Of a DNA stretch of 64,000 nucleotides, positions 34,201 through 42,686 are shown piece after piece. Below the pieces are notes generated by a model that saw nothing but the letters and a program-made list of their open reading frames with translations, was not told the DNA's origin and did not search any database. A program made the position numbers and the translations under genes. How positions within the stretch are numbered: the stretch's first letter is position 1; every line of letters starts with the position of its first letter. Origin of the DNA: Naegleria gruberi (lineage: Eukaryota); the NCBI GenBank assembly GCA_000004985.1, contig GG738845.1, one strand, 5' to 3'.

Positions 34201-37200
34201 AAGACTCCAATAGAAAGAAAGTTTTGAAAGTCTGAAGGAGGATTCGTTTTCAGCTGTAACCTCAATGGTGAAACTGTCATTTTGCGAATTCTTTGTGTCA
34301 ACCCCAACGAATGACAATTTAAGATCCACGCTTGTGAATGGTTTGTACTGGAGAGTGACAGTGATATCTCTGGAAGTGGTGGAGTCTTTGGCAGAACACA
34401 ACAAAGAAGCTTCACTCTCTTCCAAATTGGCATCTGAAAAGACTCTTATCATATGCTTATTCTTGAGAACATTGGTAAAGACATTTCCATATAAAGAAAT
34501 AGATTGGGATGGAGCAAAAGTTTCAATTTCTAGAATACATTCAAATCCAGAACATGAAATTATTCTAGTATCCAAAATATCATTGAAAAATTCAATGTTT
34601 GGACCTGTGGAGGTGATTTTCAAATCTAGTTTTGAACTTGATTTTGAATTGTTCATCCAGTTGTTGGTATTTAAAACTAAACTAATAGATGATGTCGATG
34701 ACAAATAGGTTTTTGGTATGATCAAAATATCTCTATTCAATCCAATAAATTCTCCAGTTGACCCACAAGTTGGACATGTCCATTTATAGTCAATTGATTT
34801 GGCAAACCTGTAATTGGAATCAATACTTGGTCTAACAATCAGATCAGAAGAAGAGGGAATAGTGGAATATAGTTTGGTTACCTTGATACTTGTGGAAGCG
34901 TAAGTTTTCGAATTGGATTTTGCTTCTTCCATACTAACATAAACTGAAATATTCGAATTTTTCAACTTGAGAATATCTCCAGTTTCTAAAATAAAGTTAT
35001 AACCTAAATAGATTGTTAAATTAGTGTTCCACACACAGATAGGTTGTTCGCCCAATTTCAATAGAGAAGTAGAATCAAATAAACTTTCACATTTTCCATT
35101 AAACATCTCAAAGGATTCATCCCTTGCAATAATGGTTTGAACTAGTGGCGCTAGAGTAATGGATTGATAATTCATACTGAAAACGTAATTTTCACATTCC
35201 TTTCCAATATATCCATTCTTACAAGTACATGTATGTGGACCTGAACAATTACCATTTCCAGAACAAACACCTGGATCAATTTCAACCTTTTGATAACACT
35301 TGAAATATTCGCATTTAGAACCAGCATATCCATTTGAACATTGGCAGACGTCCTTATCTACACATTGACCTTTCAAATTTGAACAAACACTTGCATTATT
35401 ACTATCGATTCCATAACAAGAAGTCAAGTTACAATTATTCCCAAACCATCCAGACTGACATCTACAATCATTAATGCCTACACATGTTCCCTTTCCATTA
35501 CAAACAGCAGTCTTATCAGAGGTTATTCCATAGCAATATGGATAATCACATCTCAAACCTCCGTATCCATCAGTACAGATACAATTTCCAGGACCATTAC
35601 AAGTACCATTATTGGAACATGCCTTTTTTCCATAACAATCGAATAATTCACATTGATTTCCATAGTAACCTTCAATACACGTGCAGTTATTGGGAATTCC
35701 ACAAACTCCATTACCACTACAGACACTTCTATTATTACTCATTATACCATAACAATATGTGATATTGCAATTACTTCCAGTCCAGGAATTTGCTGTACAA
35801 ACACAAGAGTTTGGAAGATCACAATATCCTTTTCCTGCACATACACCAGTTGAGTTTGCTTTAACTCCAAAACAAATTGGGATACATTCAGTTCTTTCTT
35901 GATTGAAATCATATCCATCCTCACAATAGGGCGTCAGTGATCTTATTGAATTATCTACTATATAATAAATCTTATTAGTTTCAAAGTCAGCTGTCAATTT
36001 TACAATTGAAGTACTAGCAATGGAATATCGTTCACCATTCTTTGGATATCTCCAAATATTATTTTCAGTGCTTGATATATAAACTATTGTATCACCGTTT
36101 GGCATAATTGCTAAATCCTTTGTCGAAGACTCTGTTTTATAGACAGTCTCAACATAATTATCACTTCTGAGAGTTCTTATGAGATTGTTGCCATTGTCTA
36201 TATAGTAAATTTGATCAGTCCCATTTGCAAAGGCAGCACCAACACAATAAAACATGTATGTTTCATTAAGCGGTTGTACTATTGGTAGATCTGGACCTTT
36301 TACAGTATATTGAGTACCAATTAATGAACTGGCTCTTCCTTTGTAAATTGTTTCTACAGTAGAATAGGCCCAAAAACTATGGATAAGCCTGTCATCAGAT
36401 GAAACTTTCAAATACTCAAGGGTATAATCAATATGTGTATGACGAGATGGTACATCTTCACCATATCCTATAAGTGTTCTTCTTCTTCCATCTGTGAGAT
36501 TGTGAAATGAAATTCCTTCGTTTTCCATAACAAGCAAATTACCATCTGGTAATAGAGCCAGATCCATTGGATAAATCATCTTTGCTTCTGTTGAGAGTAA
36601 GCCAGGAATTGGCTTCTTTCCATACAAATCAGAGTTTCCAGCAACAATGGTTATCTGATTATTCTCAAATTTCTTAACGAATCCATTAAAGTTATTTTCA
36701 GTTATATAAATAGCATCATTAATGACGATTGCCTTATTAGGGCAAGATAAACCACTTATTGGCAAAGTTGTGGTTGCACCTCCAATCACAGTTTGTTGAA
36801 TAGAATTTGCTTGACAATTTGCAACATAAATGGTATCATTGGCATGCACATATAAACCAGCTTTTGATGAAATTCCGCTCAAAACCGTTACCAAAGTGTT
36901 CGAAACTAGGTGCCTTAACCTTCCACCTTCAATAAACACGATACTTCCATTCGAAAGTACTCCAATAGCTGATGGCTCATTGATAGAACTCAAAGCTGGG
37001 ACAAATTCACCACTATATTCATTTTGACCATTACCAGCGATTGTGATTATTGTGCCATTAGTCAAAATTTTTCTAATTCTGTAATTCATACTGTCTGCTA
37101 TATAAATTTCATTATTTGAGGATAATGCAATTCCTTTCGAATAAATTGATGCCTCAGTAGCCAAAATACCATCTCCATTATTTCCTGAAACATAGTTTCC

Positions 37201-38781
37201 TGCAATTGTGTAATATCTTTGTTCACTCCAAACAAACTTTCGAATAACTTGGTTCATGGTATCAGAAACTAAGAAATCACCATTAGGATAAAGTGCAAAC
37301 GAAGGCGTTGAATAAATGGCATCACCAGCAACAATTTCTAAAGTTCCATTCTTGTGAACTTTGTAAATGTATCTACTATAGTGAAAATATAAGAGATCTC
37401 CATAAGCAGCAATTCGTTTAGGATAATCGAAGGAATATGTGCCGAATTTACAATCTGAAAGTTTAGATCCTTCTGAAACAATCTTACTTGAGTAAGGAGA
37501 GGATAATAAGTAAACATTTCCATCGGTTGCTATCTTTCTAATAGATTTTGAATCAGAGAAAAAAAGTTCTCTTGTTTTTGGATTATACACAACATCGAGT
37601 GGTGAATCTAAATTGGCTTTGCTAGGTTTCACACCATCTCCATAATAGGATGTACTTCCATCAGGAGCACCAACAACTTTAGAATAATTACCTTTCGAAA
37701 GTGAAACTTTTACAATTGCATTATTGGACGAATCTGCAATGTATAGCTCATCATTTTGGTTGATTGTTGCATAGTATGGATTTTTCAAGGAAAGAGAGCT
37801 ATTTTCATTGCCTGCAATTGTTGTGATAATACTAGTGTTCGAAATCAGACGAATCTTATTATTCCCCGCATCACAAATAACTAATTCATTCTTATAATTC
37901 ATGAAAACACACATTGGTGCAGTGAGTAAGGCATTAATCGCCAAACCTCCATCACCAATAAATCCAGAAGTCCCATTTCCTGCCATAGTAACGACACTTC
38001 CGTTTTGAAAAATCTTTCGAATACAATTATTTCCACTATCTGCAACATAGAGCTCACTTTCGTCTAAACTAAATGAAAGCCCTGAAGGTCTATTGAATAG
38101 AGCACTCAATCTTGTTTGATTATTGTCAAAACCACTCACACCATCTACACCAGCATAGTTATCAATAATTCCAGTGCTTGAATTAATTACTCTGATGACA
38201 TGCCTGTCAAAGTCGGTAAAGAAAATGTCACCTCTTTTGTTCATAATAATATCTAGTGGAGCAGAAAGGGTGGAATTAGTGGCAATTTGACCATTTCCAT
38301 AACCTCCTACCTGTCCATTACCTGCAATATTAATAACTTGTTTAGTTTCGAATATATATTTCTTAATCGTGTGAGTACCCAATTCTGTAAAGTAAATATC
38401 CATATTCTTATCCAGTAAAATTCTTGTAGGATTGACAATAGAAGGATTATCAAGTGAAGTAATAATACCATCGTTATCAATTATTCTAATCTTGGTATTA
38501 GAAGAATCTGCTATTGCCATGAAGAAAGGTTTCCTATTCTTGCCGCTGTCCCACATGGCAAATCCAGTTGGGAAATTCAACACAGACTTCTCAGCAGGTA
38601 CATTATCACCCAACAAATTTGTACCTACAACAAGTTCATTTCTATAAAGTATTCTAGCGGAAAGTGTTGTGTGTACAAGAATTGAAATTAGAACCAACAA
38701 AACTACCAGCACCGTTCGAAACATTTTTTGAATGAGTTGAAATGTACCACACCACCAATGTTTTTTTTTGTCTGTTGGCAA
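31294..38781 (-). CDS. Giant receptor-like Ser/Thr protein kinase: signal peptide, NHL-repeat beta-propeller region, tenascin-type EGF/Cys-rich repeats, Ser/Thr-rich stalk, one TM helix, C-terminal kinase domain
   Basis: Uninterrupted 2495-aa ORF with the likely ATG at 38724 (MFRTVLVVLLVLISILV). NHL-type repeats include YVADSGNNCIRKI, YIADSSNNAIVKV and YIADSMNYRIRKI. The EGF-like module CYGI(M/T/D)S...C(S/N)G.G.C.....C.C..G(Y/W).G..C recurs about 7 times. The TM segment is IGLIVGILVALFIVVVIVIVVIVVVAVVVVL. The kinase domain runs from subdomain I (IGEGAFGSVFKA) through VAIK-like ALKII, HRDVKPSN and DFGLAK to APE-like GTPLYMSLE. Confidence 0.8.
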   Translation of the reverse strand: MPTDKKKHWWCGTFQLIQKMFRTVLVVLLVLISILVHTTLSARILYRNELVVGTNLLGDNVPAEKSVLNFPTGFAMWDSGKNRKPFFMAIADSSNTKIRIIDNDGIITSLDNPSIVNPTRILLDKNMDIYFTELGTHTIKKYIFETKQVINIAGNGQVGGYGNGQIATNSTLSAPLDIIMNKRGDIFFTDFDRHVIRVINSSTGIIDNYAGVDGVSGFDNNQTRLSALFNRPSGLSFSLDESELYVADSGNNCIRKIFQNGSVVTMAGNGTSGFIGDGGLAINALLTAPMCVFMNYKNELVICDAGNNKIRLISNTSIITTIAGNENSSLSLKNPYYATINQNDELYIADSSNNAIVKVSLSKGNYSKVVGAPDGSTSYYGDGVKPSKANLDSPLDVVYNPKTRELFFSDSKSIRKIATDGNVYLLSSPYSSKIVSEGSKLSDCKFGTYSFDYPKRIAAYGDLLYFHYSRYIYKVHKNGTLEIVAGDAIYSTPSFALYPNGDFLVSDTMNQVIRKFVWSEQRYYTIAGNYVSGNNGDGILATEASIYSKGIALSSNNEIYIADSMNYRIRKILTNGTIITIAGNGQNEYSGEFVPALSSINEPSAIGVLSNGSIVFIEGGRLRHLVSNTLVTVLSGISSKAGLYVHANDTIYVANCQANSIQQTVIGGATTTLPISGLSCPNKAIVINDAIYITENNFNGFVKKFENNQITIVAGNSDLYGKKPIPGLLSTEAKMIYPMDLALLPDGNLLVMENEGISFHNLTDGRRRTLIGYGEDVPSRHTHIDYTLEYLKVSSDDRLIHSFWAYSTVETIYKGRASSLIGTQYTVKGPDLPIVQPLNETYMFYCVGAAFANGTDQIYYIDNGNNLIRTLRSDNYVETVYKTESSTKDLAIMPNGDTIVYISSTENNIWRYPKNGERYSIASTSIVKLTADFETNKIYYIVDNSIRSLTPYCEDGYDFNQERTECIPICFGVKANSTGVCAGKGYCDLPNSCVCTANSWTGSNCNITYCYGIMSNNRSVCSGNGVCGIPNNCTCIEGYYGNQCELFDCYGKKACSNNGTCNGPGNCICTDGYGGLRCDYPYCYGITSDKTAVCNGKGTCVGINDCRCQSGWFGNNCNLTSCYGIDSNNASVCSNLKGQCVDKDVCQCSNGYAGSKCEYFKCYQKVEIDPGVCSGNGNCSGPHTCTCKNGYIGKECENYVFSMNYQSITLAPLVQTIIARDESFEMFNGKCESLFDSTSLLKLGEQPICVWNTNLTIYLGYNFILETGDILKLKNSNISVYVSMEEAKSNSKTYASTSIKVTKLYSTIPSSSDLIVRPSIDSNYRFAKSIDYKWTCPTCGSTGEFIGLNRDILIIPKTYLSSTSSISLVLNTNNWMNNSKSSSKLDLKITSTGPNIEFFNDILDTRIISCSGFECILEIETFAPSQSISLYGNVFTNVLKNKHMIRVFSDANLEESEASLLCSAKDSTTSRDITVTLQYKPFTSVDLKLSFVGVDTKNSQNDSFTIEVTAENESSFRLSKLSFYWSLFRVENDTKLTTIPQSVFSVNSNIAKLSAGSLTPGVYQIQASTSDDNLGSGSVVGRFEITKSKPITVKITKAWNSLSYSGCYIEAEITGNFSNYNWKVSQGRLQSSDSLKSNILAQSDNYLRTSIWMSGDLFYQEENYIFEIQALNGVDVVASNSYSFTSERSPRVSCDINLLSNSYLTISCDHMIENRLMILMEFNMDLKRKFIISNTLKKKVAMKFSTILPNSSIKVKVLSRNGNVGEFMRNLTSVSNPTSDPLNYFKDEYSYMKGNRTSGLEMLQELNFLLTYLESQSSQLTSLSSVRATLIDILSVLSDIRSVGYNVDDKLISLIIPPLHKTYKLLYLSDKKIDKLDELKEWISWSVNSITSNLPYYSEKTLPYMIDLVHLSELNELVEIGQSQNLILFDQFKTSLQMTEILLSGPGSITQNVVESTDGETTVRKQFLFSSQELNSKQNQISDVTVKFPSNFASQVDLSSKRSCFIFKSTTKKTDSNIVSKIISLSIQKIDNLAQVSVANLNQTVDIVFDNIETKSSNLSCNYYDTNSNTWSTLGIQTIIKSKSANIYEITCATKHFTTFSVIDNNVVITPTISVTASPKSSQGNKNIPVDDGATIGLIVGILVALFIVVVIVIVVIVVVAVVVVLQKKKQTLHQQEQPEETELIEEVTIPSHSDFPSQESAHFTPLMSFSSIKSSDSQNAFNPLSRYKDLVKIGEGAFGSVFKAFDTKQNKTKALKIIKYSSAEELNGMMKEGSQLMNIDHENIIKVNDFFVDNSQLLCIDMDFYSNGDLLKLMNDTEWCSERKVKQIIYQICDALNFVHTKLKVIHRDVKPSNIFIRDLDSDNIHVVLADFGLAKASMGSVDRSYAGTPLYMSLELATGGKYSFNTDIYSLGVAIYQIMTKDTTTAVSHMFISNREEEAIDKLTKEMEKSGNYSSTLINICLSLLEKDASKRPSAKQILSNSFFEGILIKPAE

Positions 38782-39730
38782 GACGGCCGTCTTCTTAGTT
38801 TGTCCTGATCTACCATTAGTTGATACTGAAAGCTCAACATGTCATGTGAGAAAACTTAATTGGAATTACAAAAAGGCATTTTAAACATAAATATAATTTG
38901 ATATGAGAGTTGACAGCAACACTGTTACAGATCTCTTCTTGCCAAGTCCAATATTAAATATTCTACATGAAATATTTATTGCTTACCTTTAGATGATTAC
39001 CATAGGATAATTGTGGTTAGATAGGTAATTTTATATCTCATCTTCCACCAATAGAAGATGGTACAGGGTATCAAGTAATACAGGTGAGGTACCAAGTATA
39101 TACCAAGTATTTAGTTGGATTGAAAAAGAATCCTCCATAGGAACCTATTGTCGATAAACTTGGTATAATAAACTTTACAATAACAGTTGCGCACCAGACT
39201 AGTCTTCATGATTACAATATGTTTGATTGAAATTTACACAAAAGCAATACAGTATCTGTTATTCTTATTGCTTTTGTTGAAAGCAAAGTAATTGTGTAAG
39301 AGTTAATAATCTTGACAGGAACTGCACCCACACAAAACAATCTTTGATAGCAGGTTGTAGTTTCTTCATCAACAACTGCTGTGCATCACGAAAACAACTG
39401 GGCTATTAGGCAGACTGTGAGGATAACAAATCCATTTACTGTGTTTATGGTAAAACCATTACCGTTCCTTATTTCATTTTAAAATTTGGTGTCCATCAAA
39501 GCAGATTCCAGTAGGCTCAGTATCATTCTACAGCTGAGAAAATAACTTTCAAAAACAGTAACATTCCTTCCTTTTCAAATATCCAAATACTGTAAACAGA
39601 TAAAAATGGACCATAGGTAAAGACCAGTAGCTTTCGCCCTTTCACAACCAAGTAACCAAGCAACATGTTCCACATATCTGTCGATGCACAGACGCACGGC
39701 TTATCTGTGAAAAACCAAACAAGAAAAAAG

Positions 39731-40843
39731 ATGCAATCTTCTACTTTAGCTATTCTTTTGCTTTTCTGTTTGGTTGGTTGTGTTACTTGCGCCAGTAATA
39801 CGACTGTAAGAGCTTACATCCTCGATATTCAATCAGAATATGAAAAGATAGACACTCTTGGGCAACGTCTCACAAAGGCGATTGATATGTTAAATTTTGC
39901 AAACATCAACTCGACCTTAATTCCTCAAATTGTTCAAACAAGAGCAGCTCAATTGAAAAAATTAACAACTGCTAGAAGCATGCTCGCTCTTGAAATGTCT
40001 GTATTGAGCAATCAATGTAATATGTTTGGAGGAGATGACTGCACCGTTCCTACATGTTCATATCATGGAAAATATATAAGTAATAATCAAACAGCTAAAT
40101 GTGTATGTGATCAAGATTGGACTGGGTTAAACTGTTCTGTTCCAATATGTTATTCCATTCCTGCAACAAACAGCTCTGTGTGCTCAGGCTCTGGTACATG
40201 CATCTCCAATAATACATGTCTCTATCCAACTCCATCAAACAACCTTGTTGTTGACACCATTAGAATGTATGCGAATGGAACTGTTGCAAGAAGTTGTAAA
40301 GAATATCTCTCAACATTTAATGAGAGTGGACTCTATTGGATCAAACCAGATAATAACTATCCAAGTTTTGTAGTTCATTGTGAGCAGAAATTCAATGGTG
40401 GAGGTTGGATTTTAATTTCATCAAGAAACAAATCAATTCCTCCAAAATATTCTGATGTTGTAAAGCCACTCAATGATGGTTCGTCAATGGCAGATGATAA
40501 ATGGGCCATTTTCAGAAATGCCAATCCTGACTTAATGTGGAAAGATTCAGATCGTGATGAGTATAGTGTAACAAATATTTTGGGATGGAAAAATGGAGCA
40601 AATTGTAAAGTATTAACAACAAAACTAACTGATCTGTTGCTTGCTCATAAGGAGAACACTGGCTGTACAATGTCAGGAAGTGATTATTGCTTGCTTGGTG
40701 ATACTAGATTCGGTATGACTCCTTGTGCATCATGTGAGGCAACATACACAGCACCAACTTTGATTTGGAAAGAGTGGAAGTTCAAAAGCTATTTTTGGAA
40801 TGATTCTCCTGAACTATCAAAAGCAGATATTTATTTAAGATAA
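39731..40843 (+). CDS. Secreted protein with tenascin-type EGF-like repeats and a C-terminal fibrinogen-related domain (FReD)
   Basis: The ORF runs from 39665 and the probable ATG is at 39731 (MQSSTLAILLLFCLVGCVTCA, a signal peptide). EGF-like modules are CSYHGKY...CVCDQDWTGLNC and CSGSGTCISNNTC. The FReD core SCKEYLSTFNESGLYWIKPDNNYPSFVVHCEQKFNGGGWILISSR matches the fibrinogen C-domain pattern (compare vertebrate SCKEI...SG.Y.I.PDG...F.VYCDM...GGGWTV). Confidence 0.6.
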   Translation: MQSSTLAILLLFCLVGCVTCASNTTVRAYILDIQSEYEKIDTLGQRLTKAIDMLNFANINSTLIPQIVQTRAAQLKKLTTARSMLALEMSVLSNQCNMFGGDDCTVPTCSYHGKYISNNQTAKCVCDQDWTGLNCSVPICYSIPATNSSVCSGSGTCISNNTCLYPTPSNNLVVDTIRMYANGTVARSCKEYLSTFNESGLYWIKPDNNYPSFVVHCEQKFNGGGWILISSRNKSIPPKYSDVVKPLNDGSSMADDKWAIFRNANPDLMWKDSDRDEYSVTNILGWKNGANCKVLTTKLTDLLLAHKENTGCTMSGSDYCLLGDTRFGMTPCASCEATYTAPTLIWKEWKFKSYFWNDSPELSKADIYLR

Positions 40844-40972
40844 ATATTTTTGACATTGTATTGCAAAACTTAATTCTACCTCTACGATTCAACCCCAAGA
40901 ATCAGATACAGATGTATTGAAAGAAAATTCAGATCTTTTTATTTTTGTGCTTTGTGAGATTTTAATTTGAAT

Positions 40973-41506
40973 TTAGTTTTCATAAATGAATATCTTATTT
41001 GCCATTACAGACATATTTGGTCTCTTTTCAAGTTTTTCCAATAAGTCTTTCCAATCTCTGCATTCAATTTGCCCACCATTTCTTTCAATATTCTTGAATT
41101 GTTCCACCAATACTTTTGCTGCCTTTTTCAATAAGGTCATCTCAAAGTTTGGAATGAAATTTAATACAAATGGATTAATTTTAACAATTTTCTCTAATTC
41201 TTCTTCAGAGTTAACCTTTTTCTCAATAATTTTAATGCAACATGCTCTCTTCGCCACCAATCCAATCTCAAATTCATCCAAATTTTGAATAAGAGTTTTT
41301 AAACCATAACTGTAATATTTGTAATTCATTCCATTCACTAAGACTGCCTTCATCAGGAATTGATTATCCGTTCGAAATTTATCAGGTAATTCATTAATCA
41401 CATAATCATCCATTTCCACTGCTTTCAAAACAACATCTTCATCATTTTCCCATGGTTCAATCCAATTGATCCAGTTTTTCAATTGTTTCAATAAAATATC
41501 CATCAA
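40973..41506 (-). CDS. Hypothetical protein (internal repeat LKAV...N/NFIPN, DUF-like)
   Basis: 177-aa ORF with coding-like composition. Confidence 0.4.
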   Translation of the reverse strand: MMDILLKQLKNWINWIEPWENDEDVVLKAVEMDDYVINELPDKFRTDNQFLMKAVLVNGMNYKYYSYGLKTLIQNLDEFEIGLVAKRACCIKIIEKKVNSEEELEKIVKINPFVLNFIPNFEMTLLKKAAKVLVEQFKNIERNGGQIECRDWKDLLEKLEKRPNMSVMANKIFIYEN

Positions 41507-41937
41507 AATCTTTTCTACTTTTACTCTTCTTATCGGTGAAACCCTTCTCCCAAAAATCTTGTCGTTTTAACAACCATTTCGGAATTTTTTATCAAGAGGA
41601 AAATTAATATTTTCCTTTATTTTGAATGATAATAAATTGCTTTAAATTTTGCTATCTTTGCTTGTTTTTGGATGTGATAGAAGTTAGGGATATTCCGATA
41701 ACTAATTTCAACCATGATCGTCAAATTTCTTCCTTTTTTGATCTCCAAAATAAAGGTAAATATTTTGGCGCCAACCTACCAATATAGATTACCTTCCATA
41801 TTTAACTTTGTAATTTATTGACAACTCCGTGGCAGATGATTGGACGACTATTGACGATTCTTATCATAATCCCCACAAACATGAATCCATATAAATAGTG
41901 CTCATCTCTTCAACTTTAATATTAACTGTTAAAAAAA

Positions 41938-42663
41938 ATGAAACAATTTAATCAAGTCACCATTCAACTTGTCATTGCAACAATAATTATTAGCTTTGTA
42001 ATTACTTGTTCATCATCCTATTCAACTCCACGTACCAAACCCTATGAAAACACACTTCCTTTTCAATTATTGAAAATACAAGAATTATCATCTAGTCAAC
42101 CATCCACTTTACAACGTAACATTAACATTCAATCCAAAGATTTAACCTATCCAATATGGCCACTACAATTCAATGCTACACTACTAAAAATCACACCATT
42201 CAACACAGATATTCAATGGACCAAACTATACTATGATTATAAGAATCAATTAGGTCGATTTGATTTCTTTGATTCCTATTATAGTATGAATAATGAATGG
42301 GGAAGTACAAACTTTACTATTTTATGGTGGAATTCAACTGTTTGGTATATCTATCCAAAATCTAATGAATGTTGGATTAGATCCAAAACTTTACCTTTAA
42401 TTTCACCTCATTGGTTACAAATGACTCATTATATTGGAAGAAGTTTATTCAGGGGATTATATTCTGATTGTTGGGAATTTCCAAATGTTGATGAATTGGA
42501 TGGAATGAAATATTATCATCGTGTTGCAGATAAAATGGAAGATAGAATTCCATTACGTTCCACTAATCAAGCTAATGATCCAGGTGCAACTGATTATGTT
42601 GATTTTGTTATTGGTCAATCTGATTTATCTTTATATACTGTTCCAAAATATTGTCCAAAATAA
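41938..42663 (+). CDS. Hypothetical secreted Trp/Tyr-rich protein
   Basis: 241-aa ORF. The N-terminal signal peptide is VIATIIISFVITCSS, and there are N-glycosylation sequons. Confidence 0.45.
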   Translation: MKQFNQVTIQLVIATIIISFVITCSSSYSTPRTKPYENTLPFQLLKIQELSSSQPSTLQRNINIQSKDLTYPIWPLQFNATLLKITPFNTDIQWTKLYYDYKNQLGRFDFFDSYYSMNNEWGSTNFTILWWNSTVWYIYPKSNECWIRSKTLPLISPHWLQMTHYIGRSLFRGLYSDCWEFPNVDELDGMKYYHRVADKMEDRIPLRSTNQANDPGATDYVDFVIGQSDLSLYTVPKYCPK

Positions 42664-42686
42664 ATATCCATTCCAATTTTTAATGT

